Of a stretch of 64,000 nucleotides of DNA, positions 10,961-21,304 are shown piece by piece. Within the stretch, counting starts at the first letter, position 1, and each line of letters begins with the position of its first letter. The stretch is from Heteronotia binoei (lineage: Eukaryota). Under the pieces are notes generated by a model, which saw only the letters and a program-made list of their open reading frames with translations, did no database searches and was not told the DNA's origin. The DNA lies in assembly GCF_032191835.1 (NCBI RefSeq), contig NC_083235.1:74896001-74960000 (forward strand), read 5' to 3'. The position numbers and the translations under genes are program-made.

Positions 10961-11945
10961 GGGGTCTATTTGCTACTAATATGCATTACACAAGCATGGA
11001 AATTAATATTACCCTGTCTAGGAGAACAAACTGGCTTATCCATAATTCATAACCATGGTATCAATTCTGTCCGCACAGTAACTTACACATGCAAAAATGC
11101 AATGCAAATCCATTATGCTGATCTATACTGGAATCCTTTACTCATATGCCTTAGGATCTCATGTCAGTTTCTACATGCAGGCATCAAGAAGAGCACCTAG
11201 TATTATTTTTTATTTCCTTTCACAGCAGGAGACTGCAGGATGCTACAGTTTGTTAAACTTGAGTATTGCAATAGCAGTATTGCGCGCATAAGTGTAAGGA
11301 ATCATGGCAAGAACCTTTACCCTTGCAGCAAAAATCTGATTAAAAAATAACCTTGCCCTCCAAACTCTGGTCCTAAGAATCAGTGTTTTATTTTATCAGT
11401 CTGATTTTGCTTTAAATCCTAACCATCAGTTTCTTGTTGGCAAGCACATTTGCCCCAACATTTGTTACATTTTTCCAAATACAAAGAATTCATTCTCCCA
11501 CACAAGTCTCAATGTTCTTTTCCATTTCCCAGTATACTTCCCACCCCACCTCCACTCCAGATGCCAGGACCTGCCCTCTCTGCAATGCTTGGCCACCTGC
11601 ATTACAACAATTTAATAGATGCAGCAGTAGGCACTTAATAAAGACGCTTTGAAACACGCCTTCTTTTTTATAAGTGTGCTTCATCTTAACAATTCACAAA
11701 ATTAGCTACATCCTTCACCCTTCAGTTATTCCTGTTTGTTTCAACCAAAGCTCTGTGAATTATATAATGACGAGTCCTGCCCCAGACTCACACAGCATCA
11801 AAGAAGGTTCAGAGAACAGAGGTGACCAAAGATATAATTATGACTAAGCCTGAAGATGAAGGGTGTCAATGGTATCTAGACACATTTTGTTTTTCCTCTA
11901 AATCATCAACACATCTTGTTTTTCCTCTAAATCATGCCGTCTTAC

Positions 11946-12108
11946 CATATGTGCTATTGCCAAGTCCCTTGCAGAAGTTCAATCCTTGGCAAAAGTTGGT
12001 TGGATTTGTTCCCCCTTTCCAAGGCAAGAGAAGACACTGCTCACTGCCCACTCTGTTTTCTGTCTACAGAGAGTCAGTGTATAGCAACAAAACTCAGAAA
12101 TGAAACCA
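11946..12108 (-). other. Candidate alternative GAS7 exon ending in the start codon (ATG|GTAAG)
   Basis: Strong donor directly after ATG gives phase 0, as the WW exon requires. Pyrimidine-rich acceptors at 12108 or 12063; no other ATG within; in-frame stop 11 codons upstream. Confidence 0.35.
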
Positions 12109-12417
12109 CTGAGAGAGAGAGAGAGAGCTGTTGGTCGTTCCCTTCACCCATGTTTGTTGTTTGGAAATAAAAAGGGTTAATTCTAGAGAATTTCCAGATG
12201 TGAAGCTTCTGGAAAGCTTTTTCCCTTTGCCAGCTCTTAAATGTTTGCGTAGGTGATGGAGAGCACAAAGCCAGGGTCTGTGCCACTAACTAAGTGGCAC
12301 TCCATGCACAGACCGGGCAAACAACAACTGCTTTGTTAGCTTGCCTTAGTTTGGCCCCGGCCTCTTTAACCTTCTCTGCCCTTCTACTGTCTCACTGGGA
12401 AACGTCCCTGAACTTAC

Positions 12418-12461
12418 ATCAAGCCAGCCCTTTGTACGGATTGACCAGCCTGCATTCTGTA
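12418..12461 (-). other. Candidate 44-nt 5'UTR exon
   Basis: TTATTTTGCTTGTTTTCCAG acceptor and GAT|GTAAGT donor. Confidence 0.35.
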
Positions 12462-13559
12462 CTGGAAAACAAGCAAAATAACATGACCAAATGGACATGG
12501 TATTCACCACCCACACAAAATGTGCTCCCATTTAAGTAATATGGGAGGCAAAATAGAGGCAAAAGTACATGTAACCTGGCTGCAAACTGAAAGCAAAGTT
12601 TCTTGCCCTGCTTTGAACTGGCTCTACAAGAGCTTCAACATACCAAATTCTAATTGGCTACACAGCATCATCATAAAACCAATGCCAGATAAGAAGAAAG
12701 TATTGCTCTCACTGACTAGCTAGAATCTCAGTGCCAGGAACAAGAAATTGTGAAGAAGAAATGGCACTCCATGCATATGATGCAATGTCAGCAGTCAAGA
12801 AGAACTGTGAATAATAGCAAAAAAGTTCAGAAAAGCTAATGTAATGCTTTGGGGGGAATTTTCAGTATTCCTCATCCTCAATTTCACACTAAAATGTTTC
12901 CTGGAGAACATTTAGAGTATTTGTGTGGTGGGATCCAACCAGCTTTTCCACTTGTGAAAAAGGGAGAAGGCATCCCTTTTCACCTTGCAAAAAAAGTATG
13001 CTGAGGATCCTGGGACCTACATGGACAAAAGATGCCCCCCCCAAAAACCCACTTAGAATGGGGGCTGCAGTATGGAAAGACAAGATTGAATGAAAAAGCT
13101 GGCTGGATCCAGCCCATAGTACAGTGATTGTGCAATTGCTTCCCACATTTTGGAGGCTGTTCCTTGTTCCACTTCATGTTGGTTCATGGCAAACAACTCA
13201 CACAACAGTCCCAAGTCCTATTTTTAAGAGAAACGAAGCTTATAAATAAAAAAACAATGTACAGCCCATTTAGTACATGGTGTGTGTGTGTGTGCATGCA
13301 CGCTTTGTTCAGAAGCAGTAATTGCTTTGGCCACCCTGCCTCATAATCAGTGCCAAGAGAGACAGACATGGTGCAGCTATCCTGTTGGGGATTTTTTTGC
13401 ATTTTTATGTGCCTGTGTGTTTGTGTGTGTGCGTGCATGTGTGTGTGCACCTGGAAATCATGGCGAAATCTGGTGACTGACTCCTTCTGGGGAATGGAGG
13501 ATACTCTGAGACGTGGTTGAATAAAGCCTGCCCCTGCCTCCCAGCTCTGCTATTTCAAG

Positions 13560-13640
13560 GAGATCTCTCATCCAAGAAGTTGCCAGGGTCAACCTAGCTT
13601 AGCTTTGGAGACTTGATGAGATCGGGCTTGCCAAGTCAGG
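13560..13640 (-). mobile_element. Degenerate 5S rRNA-derived SINE head
   Basis: Reverse complement resembles 5S CCCGATCTCGTCTGATCTCGGAAGCTAAG...CTTGGATGGGAGA. Confidence 0.6.
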
Positions 13641-13789
13641 GCAGTGCAGCTATCTTTCTAATCTAGATCTCATGGCAGGTTTCAACACAATTGACCAATA
13701 TATCTGCCTAGGGTTGGCAGCAGGATATGAGTATAGGGAAAGCCTAACTTCCAGAGGATTCATTGTAAGCCACATATAGTGTTCACAAC

Positions 13790-13983
13790 CAATACTCCCT
13801 CTAAGCTGTGGAGTCTTGTGAGCAAAAATTCTACTTTGTGAGCTACTGACATTAAAGCTGTGAGCTACTGCATACATTAGTTTGCTCTGGGGCCATTTTT
13901 CCTGAGCTAAGACAAAAATGTGTGAGCCGGAGACTAAATAACTGTGAGCTAGCTCACACTAACTCAGCTTAGAGGGAACACTG
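13790..13983 (-). mobile_element. hAT MITE (CAGTGTTCCC-type end)
   Basis: Perfect 8-bp TSD TTCACAAC at 13782-13789 and 13984-13991; second copy at 18592-18785. Confidence 0.9.
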
Positions 13984-14261
13984 TTCACAACTGTAACACT
14001 AGGGTGTCATGTGCAGACAGTCAAAGCACACGAGATTTCCCAGAGAAACTGTCCCTTTAAAATTTCACCATATATGTCCCTTTTATTGCCTAACCAAGTC
14101 TCTGTTGACTGACTCTTGCCATTTTTCTCACAGCACTCATAAGCAAGCGCTTGGGGGCTAGAACAAAGCTTAAGAACTCTTATAGCCAGTGGAACCTTTA
14201 CGACCAACTAAGTTTTATTCTGTTTTATTCTATTTTATTGCACGCAAGCACATTTCTTCAC

Positions 14262-14400
14262 ATACACATATCTGAAGAAGTGCGTGTGCACATGAAAGCT
14301 TATATCCAGAATAAAACTTTGTTGGTCTTAAAGGTGTCACTAAACTCAAAATTTGTTCTGCTGCTGCAGACCAAGATGGCTACTCGCCTGAATCTATTTT
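14262..14400 (+). mobile_element. Penelope-derived terminal-repeat fragment with vestigial minimal hammerhead motif
   Basis: ATAT-CTGAAGA-AGTGCGTGTGCACAT-GAAAGCTT-ATAT followed by TTGTTGGTCTTAAAGGTG, as recalled for reptile Penelope pLTR repeats. Confidence 0.65.
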
Positions 14401-15799
14401 TACAGCCAGTCACTGATCTATTTTTCTCATTTTTAAAAATTACTTTAGCATCCTGAGGTGGTTATAATAAAATAAAATCATATAACGAAAAGGATGTGAG
14501 GGCAGATATTGCTAGATTTTTAAGGGGACTACAGTACTATAGCAAGTAATCCCCTCACAGCTGCTTAATGGTCAACAGGTGATCTTTTAGCAATGCAAAG
14601 TGGTCATTCTGTAGAATCACCCAGCAAGTGGCACAATGTAGCGTTTATTTACACGATGGACTCAAGATGGATATTGATGATGTCTCTTAATGACAGATAG
14701 GGAGGAGTGAGTCACACCCACTCTGATTGCATGTTTGTAGTCATCTGCATTCTCCATAGCGATGAGGCAAATCTACTTCCCTCTTGCACTGCTTTTGCAT
14801 TCTTTTTCATCTGTCTGTCTAGTACATTTTTATCCCACCCTGCCTCCTAGGAATTCAGAGCAATTTACACGGCTCTCCTCTCCTTCACTTTATTCTTACA
14901 AAAAGCTGAGAAATGGTGATTGGCCCAAAGTCACCCAACAGACTTCAAGACAGGAGTAGGAATTTGAGCCAAGGAATTTGAACCTAGTCCAAAATGTTAA
15001 CTTCCATACCACATTAGCTTTTGTGTTTCTTGTCATGGTTTCTTCTCTCCATGCTCATAGTATAGACACCAATCTACTTATATGACTGCTTCCCACAACT
15101 AGTAAAGCTGCTGTGGCCTATGAAAGCTATGCCTGTATTGTACAAGACCTCTTGGTTGTTTTTCCTGCAACAGACTAATGTAGCTATCCCAGTCTCTTTA
15201 TGCAGTTCTTTTTGTAGCAGCAAATAAGAGCTGACTCCTAGTTTATGTAAGGGAAATGTCAACATCTATATGGCTATACATTGTGCTACATTCAGCCCAG
15301 GGTCAGTATTATTTATTAGACAAAAAGTTTGATTTGGGCAGGACAATCCTGGATTCCTATTTCTATTCAAAGCTCGCTGAATAAGTCTGAGCCAGACACT
15401 AACGCCCAGCCACATTTGACAGGGCTGATGAAAACATAACTCTCCATATAGGCCAACTTCACCCCTATCTATTTGGAAAAAGGACTGGATACAAATACTA
15501 TAATTAAGAGTGCAGATCAGGAAAAACCTTTAAAATACTGCTTTAATTGTCTTCTATCTCACCAAGGAAGTTCCCGACTTCCTAGTTGGAGAAAAAAGGC
15601 TTTTAAACATATGGTCTTAGAAGTCAGAAAGGTTTAGATTGGCCTTCCCAAAATTGTACCTTTGCTTCCAATCAATCCTCACATGATTCTCAGTTCCTAT
15701 CTCACTTCTTCCACCCACCTATTGGTCTCCATGAGAAGTACTCCCACCCATAGCAACTGCAGTCTATACCTTGGGGGGGGGGGGACCTAGAACTTACCC

Positions 15800-17335
15800 G
15801 TGAATGCGGCTTCGAAAAGACAAAGAACAACTTTGAACATTGGCAACAATTTGAATTAGACTGAATGTAGATACTCAAATCAACCCGGATTATAATTGAA
15901 CATGTGTTAATGAGACTATTATCTGGCTATAATATGATTTGAACAAAAACGAGATAAATTTTAGAGAGATTTGTCTTTGCCACCTGAGTGCAACTGAAAT
16001 GGCAACTATCAAAACACACGGCTGGAGGAGATTTGAAGAGACAGACTAACTGGGTCTCTGAGTTACTTTTCAACTTGGATTAATAGGCTGAGTTATTTGG
16101 TAGAGAAAAATGGCATCACCAAGCAAAATGTTTTATAAAAAAGATATAGTGGTCACTATAACTTCTCTAAAGCAAGATCTTGATTCATTAACAGAGTTGA
16201 TAAAAAAACAAATGGGAGCTTTTATGTTGAAAGCTAGCGAAATCTCAAATCTACATGAGCAGAGTGTTAAAGAGATCTCGGTGACGTCTGTGGAATTGGA
16301 AATGGAGAGTGATCCGCTGAGAAATGAACAGAAGAAAACCAAAATGGAACCTTATTGCGCAGTTAAAAAGAAGGACTGGAAATCAAGACTGATTGAAGTT
16401 TTTTCGAGAGGAACAAGTAGCGTGGGATCCTTACTATTTTTACCGAGAGGGATGACTGCACTAAGGAGAGAGAAGGTACATCTCAGCAAAAAAATCAAGA
16501 CATGGAAAACTTTCAGGAAGAAGGGTCTTTGAAATGTTTCTCTCTCTGTGGGTAATTGGATATGGAATTCTCAACAAGAACTGACATGCAATTTTAAAAG
16601 GCCAAGTGAGATTTTTGAGTCATATTAAGTTGTTCCTCCAAGAGCAATATAGAGCAAGTTATAGGATTGAAAAGTTTTGAAAATAATTTTATATCAATAA
16701 ATAGTTAACTTGGATCAATTTTTAAAAAGGCAGACAACACAATTATTCTGTAATCTGGTAGATCTGCTCTTAATATGTTTGAAGAAATTGTTTATACTGA
16801 GACAGATAAATTACTATGTTTTTTTTCCCTGCTTATTACTTTTCTCTCTCTCTACGTTTTATGATATTTTAAATCTGATTTTTTTTCTTTCCGTTTGAAA
16901 TAAATAAGTTAGAAGGATAAAGATATTTATTTCTTATGCTCATTTTAATAACATTGTTAAAATAACAGGTTAGTCTGTATTTTTAATATGGTTAAGCTTA
17001 GCTAGTTAGTTCTGTGTTGAGACTTCTCTGACTTTTTTATACTTATATGTGCTGAAGAAGAATAGTTTAGACTTGTATTTTAAGTAATAGTTTAGTAAAA
17101 AGTGCATAATGAAAGATAAAGATGATAAAATATAAGGGGAAAATTTAATACTTGCAGAAAGAAAGAATTGGGTATTTCATTTGGAGGTAGAAATGTAACT
17201 GATATATTTGCATTTTTCTTTGTTTCTGGTCTCCCACTCTGTATCCACCCCTCCTCCTCTTTAATGCTTCTGTATCTGTGCTTATGCTTTTTCTTTTTAT
17301 AGTTTAAATCAATAAAAATTATAAAACAAAAAAAA
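15800..17335 (+). mobile_element. L1-like remnant with a 140-aa coiled-coil-like ORF (16110-16532) and A-rich tail
   Basis: ATG-initiated heptad-like ORF, AT-rich 3' region, AATAAA and poly(A) at about 17310-17335. No RT motifs. Confidence 0.4.
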
Positions 17336-17389
17336 CTTCTATGCGGCCTCCATAGAGTCTGCAAAGTCGCGCCCAGTCCAATCATTTAG

Positions 17390-18128
17390 AGGGATTCGGT
17401 CTCTGACAATTTTGCCATTGAGCAACCAAAAAGATAGGGAATTGGATATTGGCTCTGAGGCTTTTTAGACGTATTTTGCAGATAAAATCTTGACTCTCCA
17501 CCAGGACCTCCCAGCCACGGTTGATACAGTATGTGAACTGGAAGCCCCTTGGCCATCAGATGGTGTGGAGAAACACCATTTTAGGCCTGTGCTTGTCTGG
17601 GAGTTGGCTAGAGGAGTCTTAAACTCTAGGCAAGGCTTTGGCTTAGTCTATTCCTCCTTCCCTCTTGTCTGGAAGCATCACTTCTGAGGAGACCTCCTAG
17701 AGAGACAGGAAGTCTTTCAGGCTGGTCTCCCAGAAAGCTGCAGGAGGGAAAACCAGTTCCTTGGAGGATGCAGACAGGATCCTTGCTGAAGTGAAGCCTA
17801 CCACTTGCCCCCTGGGCCCCTGTCCATCCTGGCTTCTGAAGGCTTGCCAGGATATCAGGGACTCTCTGGGCAATATTGGTAATCTGTCCCTGACAAGTGG
17901 GACATTCCCAGAGATGTTAAAGGAGGCTGTAATTCGGCTGCTTCTGAAAAAAGCCTTCACTGGACCCTAGAGTACTAGCTAACTACCACCCAGTTTTGAA
18001 CTTGCCATTCCTGGGAAAGGTAGTTGGGAAAGCGGTGGCGGAGCAGCTGCAGGTTTTCCTGGATGAAACATCCACCTTGGACCCATTCCAGTCCCGTTTC
18101 TGCGCGGGCCATGGGACAGAGACGGTAC
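17390..18128 (+). mobile_element. L2 LINE ORF2 fragment (RT N-terminal part)
   Basis: VKPTTCPLGPCPSWLLKAC, NLSLTSGTFPEMLKEAVIRLLLKK, followed by decayed NYxPVxNLPFLGKV and DPFQS...GHGTETV motifs. Confidence 0.9.
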
Positions 18129-18495
18129 TATGGAAAGTAAGGGGACACTTAGTGATTTTTGATAAAAGCTGAAGGAGGTGGAATAATGGACTAGAATTTA
18201 TAAAGGGAATTTTTTTTATATTGAAAAATGAAGATGAACTTATAGAGTTAACTTTTCTTATTTTATATTTTTATTTCTTCCGTATTGATATAAGGTTCTA
18301 AAGTGGGGATTCTTGATTTGTTAAGTTACCTTGTTTCTTTTTTCTTTAATTTTAAAACACCGGCGGGGCTCAAGAAAAAAGGAGGGAGGGGAAGGGGGGG
18401 AAAGCAATGTATTGTTTTTATTTTGTATTATTTTAAAATTTCTTTTAGATTTCTATAACAATATATTGCTAATTAATAAAATGGTTTAAAACAAG
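18129..18495 (+). mobile_element. Probable L1-type 3' end fragment
   Basis: AT-rich tail with G-rich tract and AATAAAA near 18475. Confidence 0.4.
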
Positions 18496-18591
18496 AAACT
18501 GACCTTCCATTTTGTGTATGCAAGCGTTTGTGTTGATCAATCTCATTTTATGTAAACTGGAGGAGTGCAACCTGGATTAGGCCCATATGAC

Positions 18592-18785
18592 CAGTGTTCC
18601 CTTTAAGCTGAGTTAGCGTGAGCTAGCTCACAGTTATTTAGTCTCCAGCTCACACATTTTTGTCTTAGTTCAGGAAAAATGGCCCCAGAGCAAACTAATG
18701 TATGCAGTAGCTCACAACTTTAATGCCAGCAGCTCACAAATTAGAATTTTTGCTCACAAGACTCCACAGCTTAGAAGGAGTATTG
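18592..18785 (+). mobile_element. hAT MITE (CAGTGTTCCC-type end)
   Basis: Reverse complement of 13790-13983; TSD CATATGAC/GTTATGAC (6/8). Confidence 0.85.
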
Positions 18786-19471
18786 GTTATGACACATATC
18801 TGGGAGGTGGAGCTGACCATGTCAACTCTGAGGGTGTGGAGTTGGACAATTTTTCCAGGACGACTTGGACAAAGACTCAGAGGCGTTGAAGGCTTTCTCC
18901 CACAATGCTGCTGTAACTTTTGATGCCCTATCGCGCCAAGCTTTGTGGGTAAAGCTTTGGTAGGCCTTACAAATGGGGACATTGTGCCCTGCACTCAACC
19001 AAAATAGACAGAGGTCATTTTTGTTGGTTTGGGTCATCTTTGCCCCATAACGGGTGCATTTTTTGAATAGGGCTTTCTGAGCCATGGTACTAACTCAGCC
19101 AGAATAACCCCAGTGAACTAGGGAAGCAATTCCTCACCAACACAAGAAACTGGAGACTTTAAAAACATAACCTTCTCCTTTGGCAGGAAAAAAGGAACTG
19201 AGGGTGGGGGCAAAGTTGCGTGGAAGTATGTGGTCCCTGGGCAGGGACAAGATTCTGCCTCTGGCTTGCAGTGCCTCCTGGAGGCTTTTAGCTGTAAAAA
19301 CCTCTCCAGTAGCAGGCCTGCTCATGAGCAGTCGCCAGGTGTGCCTGCATATAAGACTGATGATGAAGTGTGAGGTTTTGTTATGGTTTTTAGGAATATG
19401 TTAAAGATTTTAAAATCTGTATGTAGAACATGAAAGCAACCAGTGGGTGCCTGAAACACGCATATTATATG

Positions 19472-19979
19472 TAGGGTTGCCAAGTCCAATTTAAGAAATA
19501 TCTGGGGACTTTGGGGGTGGAGCCAGGAGACATTAGGGGTGGAGTCAGGATCAAGGCTGTGACAAGCATAATTGAACTCCAAAGAGAGATCTGGCGATCA
19601 CATTTAAAGGGACGGCACGCCTTTTCAATTCCTTCCTTACATAGGAAATAATGAAGGATAGGGGTACCTTCTTTTGGGGCTCATAGAATTGGACCCCCTG
19701 GTCCAATCTTTTTGAAACTTGGGGGATATTTTGGGGAGAGGCACTAGATGCTATACTGAAAATTTGGTGCCTCTACCCCCAAAAACAGGCCCCCCAGAGC
19801 CTCAGATACCCGCAGATCAATTCTCCATGATTTTCTATGGGAATAAATCTCCCTAGGGAATAACAGAGTTCCCAGCAAACATTTCCGTCCCCTCCCCCCA
19901 CTTTCTGATGTCCCTGAAGCGGGGGGAGGGTCTCCAAACCGGGGGATCCCCTGCCCCCACCTGGGGATTGGCAACCCTA
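19472..19979. mobile_element. hAT MITE, TAGGGTTGCCAA TIR family
   Basis: TIRs TAGGGTTGCCAA...TTGGCAACCCTA; perfect TSD ATTATATG. Confidence 0.92.
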
Positions 19980-21304
19980 ATTATATGTTACTCTCAGAGA
20001 GCGTGGCAATGGCAAAAAAAAGCGGTTGCTGTTATGTGAAATTACCTCATCTATCATTATATCGATCTCCAAGGCATAAGAAAGTGCACATCTGCCATTT
20101 ATATACATATTCTACTAACTAGTCTTCACCAAGCCTCATATTTCAGAGAGCATTCACACGTATGCCTGCCAGCAAAGAGCTAATACAGTGCCCCCTCGGA
20201 TACTCATTTCACGGAATACTCTTAAGAGAAGGTGATGCCACTTAGCTCAGCGTGGTCGATAAAACTGGTGGGTACTTCAAAATGTTTCTATAACCATGTG
20301 TACGTGCGGGGGGGGGGGGAACCCAACCACAAACACGAAGAGAACAGAATAAAACAAGAAAATTCTTACAATGCATGTCGTGCCTAAAAAGAGGAAGGCA
20401 GTTTTACATGGTCATCAACTTCTGTAAATGGACCCCAAACATTAACAGAAATTTGTCAACCCAATGAATTTGTTTTGCTTTAAAGTAGTAACACCAAACA
20501 GAAGTAAAAGGGTGGGAAGAGCACCACAGATCTTCTGAGAGGGGCGGAGCCCTTGAGGTGTTCTTCCGACAATTCGTCTTCCCCCACAGAGACAGATATA
20601 CATAGCTAGGTAGGTTATGCTGGGGCCAAATGCATGCTGCCTTTTTCAGATTTATCACTCATTTACATCTGCGCTGCATGGGATCCACATAGACATAGCT
20701 TTATCTATCCCTAATCTCAGTATAAACCCCATCAGGACAATTTTAGAAGCTGAAGTAAGACAATGCAGAATCCCAAAACAACAGGAAAAAGGGAGAAAAT
20801 CCAATAAATAGCATGTAAAAGAGCTCTATTGTTAGAGGAAAAGGGTTGGTGACCACTAGGGATTTTTTGTAGCAAGAACTCCTTTGCATATTACACCGCA
20901 CACCCCTGATGTAGCCAATCCTCAAAGAGCTTACAAGGCTCTTAGTACAGGGCCTATTGTAAGCTCCAGGAGGATTGGCTACATCAGAGGGGCATGGCCT
21001 AATATGCAAAGAAGTTCCTGCTGTATGTGGGCCATGACAGGTGTGGGTGGGTGTGAGAGAGAGATGCACCCATAACAGGGAGTGGAGGGAGAAAGAATCT
21101 TTCATGTCTGTTTAATGGGTGGGGGACTGTGTGCATTGAAATGTACTGGCTAAAATATTGACTGCAAGCTCATAGTACACTTCTTCTGCCGATCAGTTGT
21201 TGTCTTCCAGAAAATTGTAGCATAATGAAGCTTGTTGCCTTTAACTCCATACTGGTAGTACTGCAGTATAGATTAAACAGATCAATCTGGTAGAAATTTG
21301 AACA

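Larger units (their letters stand above)
8661..10977 (-). mobile_element. Candidate truncated terminal fragment of a Maverick/Polinton (adintovirus-like) element; left boundary uncertain
   Basis: CpG-rich relative to flanks, two compact ORFs, stop codon overlapping AATAAA, internal tandem repeats, promoter-motif cluster and an AGTAG-type end at 10977. No PolB, integrase or capsid gene seen. Confidence 0.45.

Noticed and set aside
11881-11935. 29-bp tandem duplication; similar small duplication at 31703-31790
   Set aside because: Simple local slippage duplications with no further structure.
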